A DNA stretch of 54,672 nucleotides, counting the filler, from Basidioascus undulatus (Eukaryota): assembly GCA_000826855.1 (NCBI GenBank). It is 3 parts of 3 records of this genome, joined end to end, with 100 filler letters (N's around TTAATTAATTAA, not from the genome) between each part and the next. Parts side by side here need not be neighbours in the genome. Positions count along the whole stretch, not along the records: positions 18,277 to 36,449 come from JTLS01000482.1; positions 36,550 to 54,672 come from JTLS01000483.1; 1 more part is not named here. One strand, given 5' to 3'. Made by a program: the position numbers and the translations under genes. The notes under the pieces are model-generated. The model did no database searches and had not been told where the DNA came from. It saw nothing but the letters and a program-made list of their open reading frames with translations. Each line of letters opens with the position of its first letter. Position 1 is the first letter of the stretch. This document shows positions 26,101 to 38,589 of the stretch, one piece after another.

Positions 26101-27834
26101 GGGACCACAGCTAATCCACCGGACTCTCTGACAGCATACGAGTTCGTACGTATCGCCTGTCAAGTCTGCGTGCTCCTCCGCGCTGACATCCTCCCCACAG
26201 GTCCCGCTGGGTGACTACTTTCGCGAGCGCACCGACGTCGTGTTCGCAATCACCTTTGTTCTTCTGGAGCTCGGCGCGTACAACGCTGCAGCTGTCCTTT
26301 ATCCCGCACCGGCACCCGCCAGTCTTCCCTCCACCTCGCCGCGCATCCTGTCCTTCACCAAAGCGACGCTGCTCCTCCTAACGCTGTCGTCCCTCGCTAT
26401 CACCGCTTATCGCGCGCCGACTGCTCCGCCGCGCCCGCATCACGGCAGGGACCGCATCGTCAACGCTGGGATCTGGACGGTCCACTTCGGTCTCGGTGCG
26501 TGGTGCTCTACCTTCCCCTTTTTCATCTCCGTTTATTGTGTGACTAATGTGAGACGGCGCTTATGGTATGCAGACAGCAAGATGTGGGACAGCCAGCGGC
26601 GCATGCGCGACCTCATTCGTGACGCGGAGCTGGACGTGCTGGGCATGCTCGAGACGGACTTGCATCGGGTTGTCTAGTGAGTGCCTCTCTCTCGGCCCAG
26701 CCTTCCCAGAAAAGAACTAAAGTGTCTTCTTGCAGCGGCAATCGGGACCTGACACAGTTCATCGCCGAAGATCTCGGCTACTACGTGGACCTCGGACCGC
26801 CGTCGACGAAGCACACCTGGGGCGCCGTGCTGCTTTCCAAGGTGCGACAGTCGGCCCTGTCGCCTTGATTGCCGCGATGCTGATTAGGCATCGCTGCAGT
26901 TCCCGATCATTCGCAGCTCGCACCATCTTCTCCCGTCACCGCAGGGCGAACTGGCACCAGCGATCTTTGCGACGCTGGACATGTACGGGACGGTGCGCCT
27001 ACGTCAAACAGCGTCCAACGCACTCATTTGCTGACGAGCAGTGCAGGAAGTCCACGTTCTCGTGTCGCACAACGGTACGATCACTCACGGTCGCGGAGGA
27101 GGAGCATGGCGCTGAGGTCTTTTTGTGCGCACAGGACAAGAGGAGTCGCCTCTCGACCGCGAGCTGCAGACGACCGAGCTGGCGCGGTTGCTCAACGGGA
27201 CGTGGCCGGACCCCGCCATCTTCCTTGGTGCGCAGGATCCCTCTTTCTGCGCCTTGCAGCCAGCGCTTATATGGCTTTGAGACAGGTTACGTGGTGACCA
27301 AGGCGTATGACCCTCGGCCTGCGCCGTATCGCATTCTGTACGAAGACGGGCGCATTCAGGTGAGATGTCTGTCATCTTCGTCGGAAGACATACCTTGACA
27401 TGACTGCACTTCCAGGACATCGAGCAATGGGACACGAACCGATGGTGCGTCTTCCATCCCCGCCCCGTTCCGCACGGTTACAGACTAACACTCCACGACA
27501 CGTGCGCAGGTGCGAGTACATCGGCTTCCGCGCGCTCGACAAGCTCGGCTACGCGCGGATAAGCCGCTCAACAATCACGGACACGGAGCTGCAGGTTGGC
27601 AAGTTCCGCGTGCCGGACGCGCCACACGCGCACCCCATCGGCCAGTTCGCTCGCGTGGAGGAGGACAAGCTGCCCAAACGCGCGGGATGGAAGTTCCCAG
27701 ACTTGTTCAAGGGCCGCGGGGTGCGCGGGCACCGCTTCCATGTCTTCGGCAAGGCATTGTATTACGAGCGGGTGTTGCCCGAACCGGAGCCGGCGGAGGA
27801 GGAGCGGGAAGAGGGGATGGAGGAGGACCGATAG
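23190..27834 (+). CDS. CWH43: CWH43 / PGAP2-interacting GPI lipid-remodelling protein
   Basis: [129 protein letters not shown]. Confidence 0.95.
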
Positions 27835-28678
27835 CGGGAGGGTGCGGATGTTGTTGTACTTTGGGTGATACTTTTGCATGCACGACTCAGGGAGTCTGAA
27901 GTAACATGTGTTCCCAGTTGGCTGACTTTGAACGGGCCGTGCGACGAAACGCATGCCCGCATGTTGGGGATGTACTTGCACCCCTTGCACGCCTGCACCC
28001 GCACTGCAAGTCTCTGCTGTACGGTAGCCGTTCCAATACCCGTACGAACCTGTGAGATCTACAATGTTCCCATAACATATGTTTCTAGAACGGTTGATGA
28101 TGAAAATCCAACTGGATGTAAGAGTGCTGTGAAGTGTCTCGAAAGTTCAGGAAGCAGACGGTGGAGGAGCTGTATGTCTGTCTTGCCTCAAATTGGATGG
28201 AACGCCAGAAATTCCTGTCAAACGGTGTACAATGCCCAGTGTTTTTGAAGAGAATTATCCGTTGAAGAATAGTAGGTTGTCTTGAGGGAAAGTTTTCAGA
28301 TATTTTCACAGTAAATGGTTCACGGTCGTCCACGTTCCAGGGACAACATCAAGTGACGTCTCGATTCTCACGAGGCGCACCACGACGACGTTCGTTCGCC
28401 GCCTTCCTTTCCTCACAGCCTCACTCTCTCTTGCGCTCCACGCGCCTGCAGATCACTCTTTGTTACACTGACGTGAACCTCACTTCACTTTTATCTTTCC
28501 CTCAGCCCCCACCTCAGCCCAGCCCCCACCCTGTATCTGTCAACCACCGCGCTTTCCCAGGCGTCTTGCAGCAGTCTGATCCTCATTCCCGCCTCATTCC
28601 GCAATCTGCTTCCCATCCCATCTCTACCTCCAACCATCACCATCACGCCCACTGTTCACAACCTACATACGACCCGCC

Positions 28679-31292
28679 ATGTCTCTCCTCAAAAGCCCCG
28701 CTCTCGAGTCCGGCGATGTTCGCCTGATCGTCGTCTCGAACCGCTTGCCCGTCACTGTTAGCCAGGACGGGAATGGCGCATGTGAGTCATCCATCTCCGC
28801 TTTCTCTCAAGACGCTGTTTCCGGACGGAGCATGGACGGAAAGAGCCCTGAGGGAAGGAGAAACCCCGAATGGAAGACGCTCACCTACACCTCACGCGCA
28901 TCCCTGCACTTCGCCTCATGTCGTCTCGTCTCACGCATACTGATCATCTTCGATCGCTTCGTCTTCGCGCCTCGCAGACGTCTTCAAGATGTCTTCAGGC
29001 GGTCTCGTCTCTGCTCTGGCGGGGTGCAAGAAGCAGATGGACTTCACCTGGATCGGCTGGCTGGGCAAGGAGATCCCGCCGGAGGACAGGGAGCACGTCG
29101 CGAAGCGGCTGCAGGACGAGTACTCCTGCCAGCCCGTCTTCCTCCCCGATGACATCGCCGACAAATATTGTGCGTATTTATCCACTTACGGCAGAACGTG
29201 AGGGAGAGGTTACGTGGGGCTGACGGGACTGAAACGGAACAGACAACGGCTTCTCGAACGAAATCCTCTGGCCCCTCTTCCACTACCACCCCGGCGAGAT
29301 GAGCTTCGACGAGACGAACTGGCACGCGTACCGCGAGGCGAACATGATGTTCGCCGAGGTTGTGCGCGACCAGGTGCGGCCGGGCGATATGGTTTGGGTG
29401 CAAGGTGCGTAGCGTCTCCATCCAGTCTCGCCTCATTTTCCTCTGCTGTACATCAGTCTATACATGAGAGCTTGCTCTGATGATCTGCTACGGGTGTTAC
29501 TTCTTTGGACAGACTACCACCTGATGCTTCTCCCGATGATGCTGCGCGGCCTGATCGAGCGGAGCGTTGTCCAAGGCGACGCCGAGAAGGAGCTGGAGCG
29601 CGTTAAGGAGGGCATCATCGACCCCCCGGAAGCGAAGAAGGAGAAGCACGGTGTCAAGATTGGCTTCTTCCTGCATACCCCCTTCCCCAGTTCTGAAATC
29701 TACCGGTGCGTCTCTGCTGCCGCTTCACCGCATCTCGTTTCTCTCGCTCTCGGCTGGGCCGAATCTGACTAACGCGTGCTTTGCGGGCACGCAGTATCCT
29801 TCCGGTGCGGAGGGAGATCTTGCTGGGCGTCTTGCATTGCGATTTGGTCGGGTGCGTAGTACTCGGAACGGGAATCCCACCGCTCGCAGTTGACAGGATT
29901 GATGATACCCACAGCTTCCACACCTACGATTACGCGCGCCACTTCCTCTCCTCCTGCACGCGCATCCTCGGCCTCCCCACGCTCCCGAACGGCGTCGCGT
30001 TCGAGGACCGGTACGTCACGGTCGGGACGTTCCCGATCGGTATCGAGCCTGCACAATTCGTCGACGTCCGTCTATTCTCCCTGCCTACCTCCCCATCCCT
30101 CGCCATCTCGCTAAACGAGAATGCTCTGACACTACTCGCCACTTGCACAGAACCTCCAAAAGCCCTCGGTTAAGGAGCGAATCGAGCAGCTCGCGAAGCG
30201 GTTCGAGGGCGTCAAAATCATCTGCGGCGTCGACCGGCTGGACTACATCAAGGGCGTGCCGCAGAAGCTGCACGCGCTTGAGGTCTTCCTCACCGAGCAC
30301 CCAGAGTGGATCGGCAAGGTGAGCCTTCCGCCGCCTCGTTCCCCTTAGAGCTTGGTCTGCGGACGACAGGGACTCGTGACTGAAACGCACCCGACGCAGG
30401 TCGTGCTCGTCCAACTGGCCATTCCCTCGCGTGGCGACGTCGAGGAGTACCAGGCGCTCCGGGCGCGGGTGAACGAGCTTGTGGGGCGCATCAACGGCCG
30501 GTTCGGGACTGTCGAGTTCATGCCTATCCACTTCGTGCGTCTCTCCGTCTAATTTCTTCTCACCTCCCAAACGCGCGCACTAAGCCATAGGAATGGCGTC
30601 GCAGATGCACAAGTCGCTGGCGTTCGACGAGCTTTGTGCGCTGTACGCCGTCTCAGACGCATGTCTCGTCTCGTCTACTCGCGATGGCATGAACCTCGTG
30701 CGTCATCCCACATCCAGTTCTACAGCGCCTTTCTAGCAGTGCTGCTCACGTAGCTCCCGCGGCGTAGGTCTCCTACGAGTACATCGCCTCCCAAAAAGAC
30801 CGACACGGCGTGATGATCCTCTCCGAATTCGCCGGCGCCGCGCAGAGCCTGAACGGCGCGCTGATCATGAACCCTTGGAACAGTGCGTTCCTTGTGCATA
30901 TATCTTCCTGTACGAAGTGTGGTGTAGCTGACAAATAATGATGCGATAACGCGCAGTCAACGAGATGGCCAATGCGATCCATGAGGCAGTCACGATGGGT
31001 CCGGAGGAGAGGGCCGAGAAGCACGCGAAGCTGTTCAAGGTGCGAGTGCCCGTTAGTCCGAAGCGTCGCAGTGCGCCTTCTGACGCATTGCCGCTCTCAT
31101 CGAACAGTATGTCTCCCGGTATACGTCCAGCGCATGGGGAACGAGCTTCGCGAAGGGTACGTGTGCCCGCCCAGATCTCCCTTCTCCCCACTTCGCGAAT
31201 GTGTTACTGATACGGACTGCACAGAACTGCGTCGCCTCAAGGCTGTTGCGGACGAGGAGGAGAAGGCCATGGCCGAGGCGGCGAAGGCTTAG
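28679..31292 (+). CDS. TPS1: Trehalose-6-phosphate synthase (GT20)
   Basis: LIVVSNRLPVT, MSSGGLVSAL, ILWPLFHYHPGE, DYHLMLLP, IGFFLHTPFPSSEIYR, GVDRLDYIKGVPQKLHA, STRDGMNLVSYEY, LSEFAGAAQSLNGA; no phosphatase domain. Confidence 0.97.
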
Positions 31293-31650
31293 GCGACGGG
31301 GACGTGATACTGGGCTTGCGTCGATCTTGGGTTGTTCATGGTTACGCTGTCTATGACTGAAGCTGCGAATGCTGCTCATGCACACACACTTAGCATAACA
31401 ATTTCGGTGCTGATTGTGTAGACATCAACAACGATACGTTATGAAAGCTGAATGACAGGGTGAGTCCCGAGGCACTGTGGTCGATTGACGCATTTTTGGC
31501 AAGTCTAGAGGTTTTCACTATAATTAACATGCTTGCAAGTGCTGATGGCATACTCACACCAGAATCGAGAACTAGTTCAATGAAGATTTGCGGGATAGAA
31601 CTCCGTGACTCGGATCGCGAGTACGTTGGGCTACACTGTCGTTCGCTCTC

Positions 31651-33690
31651 CTACGCCGAACTCTCTGCAGCAGTGCAAGGTACCCCAACCTCCGTCGTGA
31701 CCCCTTGGCAGCTATATACCGGCTCCTTTCCGCTGATCGGGTTCAGGTCGATGGCGCTGAACGAGATGTCGCAGGTGGCGTCCTCAGCACAAACGAGGTC
31801 TGCGACGTTGTCCTTCGCTACCGTTCCGCGGACGTTGCTCACCGTCACGTTGACGATATCGACCTTCGTCGGATACTATTAATGTATCATACAGATCAGG
31901 TCAAATAAACATAGTATGGAAGGTGCAGTACGTACTGCAGCGCATTCCTCAGCATCCAGGTTGAAGTAGCAGGCGTCGATTGTGAGGGCCTCGGTGACGT
32001 TCTGGACGGTGATATCGTCGTAGCTGATAGATCTCTGTGAGTCTCTTGTATGGGAAGTAAGTACTGTTTGAGAACTTACTGCACATTCTGCACGAGGGCA
32101 CTGCCGACATCGCCAGCCCATGTCTTGATGCGAACCGCATTCGAGCCGCCAACGAAGGTGATGTTGCTCTGCGACAATCGTCACTTCTGTTAAAAAGGAG
32201 CGGGTTGCTGCAAGTACAGAGGATCCTCACCACCCATGCGTCTTGCACGATGTCGTAGACGCCCTTGTACTGAGCCAAGCTGTCCAATTGCAGCGTGCCG
32301 GCGTGAGCACAACCTGATTGCTGCACGACTGCGTCAAACGTCGTACCTCCCGACGGAAACGCCATGCGTGCCTTCGCAGTATAAGTCCCGGACCGTGATG
32401 AACGTGGAGTTGGGCTTGAAGCTGAAGCCTGCAGCACAGGACCGTGTAAGCAGACGTGCTTCGACGGAAAGAGTGCCTCAAAGGTACAGTCGTCGCCCAC
32501 GACAACGTGGGCTATAAAGAGAATCGTAAGATTACAGAAGGACGAAGAATATAGTGGCTTGAGTCAACTTACATTTCTCAATGAGAACATGGTCCGAGCG
32601 GTAGGTGCTGAGTGGGCCGGTCAGCTGCGCAGTTCGTCTTCATCAAGTCAGCAGTACGACTCACTCCCAGCCGTCGCTGTTCTTCGGCTCGTTCTCATTC
32701 TCGCTCTGCACGGACACCCGCATGTCGGTGTACGTGATGTAGCTGCTATCCGTGATGAAGTCTGCGCCTGTTGTGTCAGCACGTTGGTCAAAATAGAGGA
32801 ACAGTCGGCACTGACTGTTCCACATCGGCGAGTTCTTCATCCAGATACCCTCCAGCTTGACGTGGTCACTCTCCCAGATGGTGAGGAGGATCGGCCGTCG
32901 AAGGGAGTTCTCGTCCAGCGCTTCCTGTCCGGCAAAGGCATCCCACCTGGGCACCACTCAGTCAGCAGTCTTCCTGAAATGCGGCGCACTGTAGACAGTA
33001 TCAGCGGTAGAAGACATACCATTTTTGACCGGCACCATCAATCACCCCTGTGCGGGAAGGAGAGTGGATGTATGCTCCCGAGAATCCGCGAATGACGAAG
33101 GCCGTTATGCTGCTCTGGAAGTCGAAGGCGAGCTGTTTCCCGGAAAGTGAGCCCGAGATCAACCCGCTGGACGAGTTCAATGGATACCGTAGCGTCCGTC
33201 TTATTCCACAGCTCGATGTTGTCGCTCTGAAAAGGAAAGCTGGCGCCTGGTGAACACACTCCTCATGTAAAACTTGACGGTGTCCTTACCAACCGGATGG
33301 TGCCGTCCACAACCACCTGCCACACTTTCAGACGAGCTTCGAATCAGAAGAGAGAGCCGCTGAGACATACCTCACATTGTACACATCCCTCGAGTATCGT
33401 CAGCTCCCCGAGAGAGTACGTCTTGTTTTGCTCAAAAACAATGCGACCCCCACGGCCGCATTCTTCGAACGCTTGGAGAATGGCGGGGGTATCCGACACA
33501 TTGACATCCCCATGTGAGAGTACTATAGTGATTTGAGACGTTTATAAGTTTGAACGGGCTAGAACGGAAGAAAGTGAGCTTTCTTACCGATGCATTCCTT
33601 TCGGTGCTGGTGACGAGGGGCGGCTCGGTAAGGCAACGCCGACGCCAAGACTGTTGTTGCACATAGAGTTGTGAAAGTGAGAAAACGCAT
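31651..33690 (-). CDS. Secreted GH28 exopolygalacturonase (PgxB-like)
   Basis: Signal peptide MRFLTFTTLCATTVLASA; GVIDGAGQ, RPILLTI, NSPMW, KNSDGW, GDDC, SFKPNS, CEGTHG, SLAQY, ARIKTWAG. Confidence 0.9.
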
Positions 33691-34181
33691 TGTGAGATGG
33701 AAAAGAGCCTGAACTGGGAATTGGTGTGCTCAGTACGAGCAGCAATTGATTCTTAAGACTGCAGCCGGCAACGCGCGCGTGAGCCTCCGTCGAGAATACG
33801 TTCGTCGCGGGCCGGGCTGTTTGCCATCTCGCTCAGCTGATGGCTGCCAAGGTACAAAAGCCTAAGGAAATGTGCTCCATTAATAGGGTCCGGCATATGA
33901 AGGCACATCTCACTGCATGAGTTCGTACAGTAGGTGCGTCCCTCAAGGTCCTCTGGGCTTCCCTGGGCTCTTAGCCCCGGAGAAGGCGGTCCGGCCTCGC
34001 ATGAAGCGCTCGTTTTCAAGCAGCATGGACATCAACTGACACTTCTCTGGTTTTTCTCCTCGCCATCATATACTTATGGCGGATTCTGACTCAAATCGTG
34101 GAGTAAAGTACTTAAACTGCCGGGCCGGCGACACCGGCGACACTTTTCAAGCAAATGAGTCACCTTTTCACCAGCACCACA

Positions 34182-35464
34182 TTATTGAAGCGCATCGAGA
34201 AGCACCTTGACCACCAACGCCTTCCTGCCAAGCTGGAAAATCATCCTGGGACGTCGTTCCAAGTTGAATCCTGTGGGACTTGCACCATGGCCGAAGCGCA
34301 CATCAGTCTGTGTCCTTAACAACCAGTAAAGCACGAGGGGTACGCACTGCTTTGTGTGATCGCCAGTCTTGCTTTGGTGGTCCGGCGAGCAATAGGGCGA
34401 TCCTCGACAGCCCTGACACAGCATAGAAGAGGCCGCTCCACAAACCTCGCACCAGAGCGGAAGCGCTGCTGCTGCAGCTCGAGCGCCTTCGAGGAGCGTG
34501 GATAGTGCGCCGTCGTACAGCGAAGAGCGAATCGCTTCAGCCGCAGCTTCGGCGTCGAGGTAAGCCAGATGGTGGCTCAGCATATGCAGAATGAGCTCTG
34601 TCTACCCTTCTTCTGTGAAGCCACTCCTCGCAGCGTGCAGCAGAACTCGCGCGTTGTCGCTCAGCCGCAAAGACGCCACGAAATGATCGACGTGGTACGC
34701 CAGTTCAGAGGTATGCGAAGCATGCAAGACGTTCGAGAGTCGGTGCTCCAGAGCTCTGATAGAGGTCGTCCTCGATTTATTCGGCTGCGTGCTCCAAAGA
34801 CGAGCGCAGCTGTAGGGGGGCCCCATCGAGCAAAGTCCCAGGGCCGAAGGCGAGTGCGTAGATGGTAAGACGTCCAGTGCCCTTCTCGACAGAAAATGCT
34901 CGCGGGGGCTGCAGCGGCTGCCCAGGTTGCAAGAAATAGGTTGAAAGTCCGGGCAGGAGTGCGCTTACCATAATCCAGGCAATACTGCTTCCACAAGTCC
35001 TGCTCCTTCGAAACCTCTTGCGCGAAGTCTCGTCGCAGGAGACATACAAAAGAGGAGGTTTGAGATGGGGCGTCGCGTTTCGTCCTTGGGACTCAGAGCT
35101 GGAGGAATTCATGGACTCGAGGGCGGCGCGGAGCCACTAGTTCAAGCTCTCCTGAGCCGGAGGCGATGCCGCCTGAACCTCTTCTTTCGGGGGCAGCACG
35201 CCCGCCACGGTGCGGCGGGAAACGACCACGCGCGACGTTTGGGCGCACCGCAAGACAAGACGGACCCCCTCCTGGACGTCGTCACAGGTAGAAGCCTTGG
35301 CAAGGCAAGTCCGCGTCGAGCACGCAGTGGGTGAGAGGGCCGATCGATACGTAGTCGTCCACAACTCGAAAAGGCCAGGGGGACGCAAGTGCTGAGCCCT
35401 CAGGCTCTTGCGTAAACTCAAGGTCGCTCGCGTGCAGAAACTCGAAACGAAGCTCGACAGGCAT
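34182..35464 (-). pseudogene. Protein with C-terminal MYND finger, frameshifted
   Basis: CEVCGAASSMLCQGCRGSPYCSPDHQ, then DWRSHKA only in a shifted frame; upstream ORFs fragmented. Confidence 0.6.
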
Positions 35465-36449
35465 GATGATATGGTAATGAGCGTGAGCATGGCGTTTGGT
35501 TCAGTCGAGAGAGCTTGAGAATACTGTGCGGTCGTGGTGCAAGCCGAAGAAGGGCGGCACCGCAAGCTGGAAGTCCTGGGCGGAAGAGGAATCGAAGGTG
35601 CATGCTGCACGCGGCACTCAATGAGCAGAGGCAGGCGGTCCCAGGCGGTCCCGTTACCAATTTCCACATGCAAAGCCGCTTGGATTGGTAAAGAAAATCA
35701 GTCTTGCTTCATCGTTGGTTGCGCTCATTGACGATGCTGTGAGTTTCACCATGCATAGAGGGGTAAGCTCCGTCTCGCCGAAACCTGTCGAGAGATCATT
35801 GGACAGCTGTATGTTGACTGCGCGACGTGCATGGGCATTGATCGGTCAGTATGCAGCAAAGTTTGGTATTTCAAACAGCCGGTAAGCTCTCGCGTCAGCT
35901 CTGAAGTCCTAACTTACGCAGAGTGCCACGCTCTGAGCGTGCCCGCCAGTAACGTACGTTAGCACTATACAGTACCCTCTTTTTGATCCTGGGTGAGGTT
36001 ATAGACAACCGCAAGTAAGATCAATTCGATTCCCTCTGCCAAGCGACGACGTAGGCGGTGTGGAAGTAGGGGTCTGAGATGGCAATGGGGACGTGAAAGG
36101 TAATTGTTGCATATCCACAACGGACTCATTCGATAAGGTCCATAGTACATCCGAAATTTAAAGAACTCCGGTACTGGTGTTAGTTTTCCAGACAAAATTT
36201 GTCAGCAGTGGACAGAATCGGGAGGCAGTCTAGTAGACGAATGCAACCTCCCTATGCTTGCGAATTGCCCTTTTCTTCATCCAGATCCACAAAACTAAGG
36301 CCTACATTCCACCCGAACCTCTCCTTCCCGGCATCGCCTATTCGTGTCCCGCATACGTATTGTTCATCACCGCGAACTGCGGCTCGCCCGACCCATCCTG
36401 CGGCTGCCCCGAGATTTGCGTCCCGCGCCCACGAACCCGGAGGTCCAGG

Positions 36450-36549
36450 NNNNNNNNNNNNNNNNNNNNNNNNNNNNNNNNNNNNNNNNNNNNTTAATTA
36501 ATTAANNNNNNNNNNNNNNNNNNNNNNNNNNNNNNNNNNNNNNNNNNNN
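36450..36549. other. Artificial contig-joining spacer
   Basis: 44 N + TTAATTAATTAA + 44 N. Confidence 0.97.
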
Positions 36550-36644
36550 TCCCTGCTCCCTCATCTTTCCTCTCCGCCATCCTCATATTATCTCTATACG
36601 CCCCCTTTCTCCTCTCCCTCCCCTTTCTCCCTCCTAGCACCTCC

Positions 36645-36932
36645 ATGCGCCTCCCCGGCGTCCTCGCGCCCCTCTTCGGACTCGCCATCGCCGCAGTCAG
36701 CGTCGCAGCGAGCCCGGTCCAGCAGCAGCACCCGCTCGAGCTCGAGCTCTCGCACGGCGGACGAGGCGGGGAGGTGGCCAAGAAGTCGCACTTGAGCCAC
36801 TGGGCGAAGAAGACCAAGAAGGCGTTCTTGGATGATGTGCGCGAGGGGCGGGGGAGGAGGGAGGGCGCGCTCTTGGTTCGGCGGCTGTTCGAGCCGGGTA
36901 GGGGGAGGAGCGGGTGGCCGATGCTTAGCTGA
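36645..36932 (+). CDS. Small signal-peptide ORF; possible internally deleted exopolyphosphatase-like relic
   Basis: Signal peptide MRLPGVLAPLFGLAIAAVSVAA; LSHWAKKTKKAFLDDVREGRG recalls the segment before the GNEAGDLDS motif of basidiomycete DHH exopolyphosphatases, but that motif is absent. Confidence 0.35.
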   Translation: MRLPGVLAPLFGLAIAAVSVAASPVQQQHPLELELSHGGRGGEVAKKSHLSHWAKKTKKAFLDDVREGRGRREGALLVRRLFEPGRGRSGWPMLS

Positions 36933-37152
36933 TGATAGATTGATGGAAGGAGAGAGGGAGGGATCACCGCTTACGCCACGCACACTACACTACTTTCCAC
37001 CATGAGTCGATGACGCCCGATTTTCGGACCTTGTATCCCCTCCTTCGGACCTGCACTCTTGTATCCGTATCCGCATACCTGCACACACATCCACACACCA
37101 CTTGCGCGCACTGCCTCCGGGTGCCTGATCTGTGTCTGCATGCGCGTGCGGC

Positions 37153-38100
37153 TCATCTCAACCCCGCGGACGCAGGCAATCCATCGCCGAGCCCCAGCAC
37201 TTTTTTCAGACGCCGCCGCACCATCGCGCTTTCCTTTTCCAGCAACATGGCAACCCTCCCTCGCGCCGCCTCGTCGCCATCGAACGAAAAGACCGTCGCG
37301 CTCCCAAAATCGATCCACATCACATCGACATCCCACTTCCCCGCTCCCTCCTCCTCCCCCTCCTTCTCGTCGTCTGTGCTGGAACTATCCACGCGCACGA
37401 GCAGATTCCGCGCAAACGCGTCCCCATGGAGCACCCCGCGCTCATGCACGCGCTCGAGCGTGCGCATCGCGCGCTCCAGAACCGCGCGGCGCTGCCCCTC
37501 CGTCCACGTCAGCGTTTGTGGAGGGGATTTGTCCAGCGTCGCGTGGGTGTGGACGTGTGAAGAGAGGACGAGTGCGGGCATGGGGGTCTGGGAGGGGCTT
37601 TTCGAGTAGGACAGGAGGGCGGGGAAAGGCGGGGCGAGGAGAAGGAGGCCATGCGCGAGTGGGATTGCGGATGGAGAGAGGGGCTGGAGGTGCGCGTAGG
37701 TTTCGATTTCGGTTGATAAGGGTTGGAGTATGGAGGGGCGGGGTTGGTGAAGGGAAGGATGAGGAGGGGTTGGCATACAGGGGGTTGCCGGGCTGTTCTT
37801 GGTCGATTCTGGCGGCGCGAGGGGTCCAGGAGGTTCGGGTACTGGGTTCAGATCAAAGTTCAGCGCAACACGAGATCTTGGGGCTTTGAACGGGATGAAG
37901 TGAGACGCACGACTTTGAGGATCAATTCTTCAGTACCCGCATAGCCTGCACCAGGCGGAAAGGTAAGCAGAAACACGTCTGCTTTTGGGCCGCGCGAGAG
38001 GATCCGCGCGGAGAGGATCAAGTCCCATGGGAGGGCAGTCTGCGGGAGCGGCAAATCGAGGAAGTGCGTGGAGACGGAAGCATGGCACGGGAGGGGGGAG
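37153..38100 (-). CDS. Protein-kinase-like fold protein (atypical fungal kinase)
   Basis: LILKV beta3 lysine, EIETYAHL helix C, VHERGVLHGDAFARNLL catalytic loop, WIDFGSA; 5' exon joins uncertain. Confidence 0.75.
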
Positions 38101-38492
38101 GATGTGGCGAGGAAGCAATAAGAAAACAGCAAACGCACGCGCGGCAGCTGCCTGTCGAACAGCTCATTCCGTATTGGACCTTTGGTTCGATGTCGCTGGA
38201 TTTGACCAAACACTACTATGCAATTAAATGCCCGTAAAGTATATCATGTGTGTATGGAAGAGTTGGTAATGCTGACAAATGTGATGTGAGAGAAAGATCC
38301 CGACGACGAAGAAAACAGGGAAGGGGGAAAGAAGCCACTGGCGCAGTCGACATGGAACCGCAACTCTATAACAGTTTATCTCAAGGGTATACACAGGAGC
38401 CTCCAGTAAAAAAATCTATAAGGAAACCCTTCAGATGTTTGCCCCAATTTGCCCCTCAGTTGATGTTGTCTACAAGCGTAGACAGGCCCTGC

Positions 38493-38550
38493 CGAGGAAG
38501 GAAGTGCGAGGAAGGAAGTGCGAGGAAGGAAGTGCGAGGAAGGAAGTGCG
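38493..38550 (+). repeat. 14-bp tandem repeat (CGAGGAAGGAAGTG)x4
   Basis: Four perfect copies read directly. Confidence 0.95.
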
Positions 38551-38589
38551 TCAGTCGCTTGTCAAGTCCGACAACATGCACCTGGTCTA

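Noticed and set aside
38493..38550. Repeat array as CRISPR-like
   Set aside because: Direct tandem units without spacers, in a eukaryotic context
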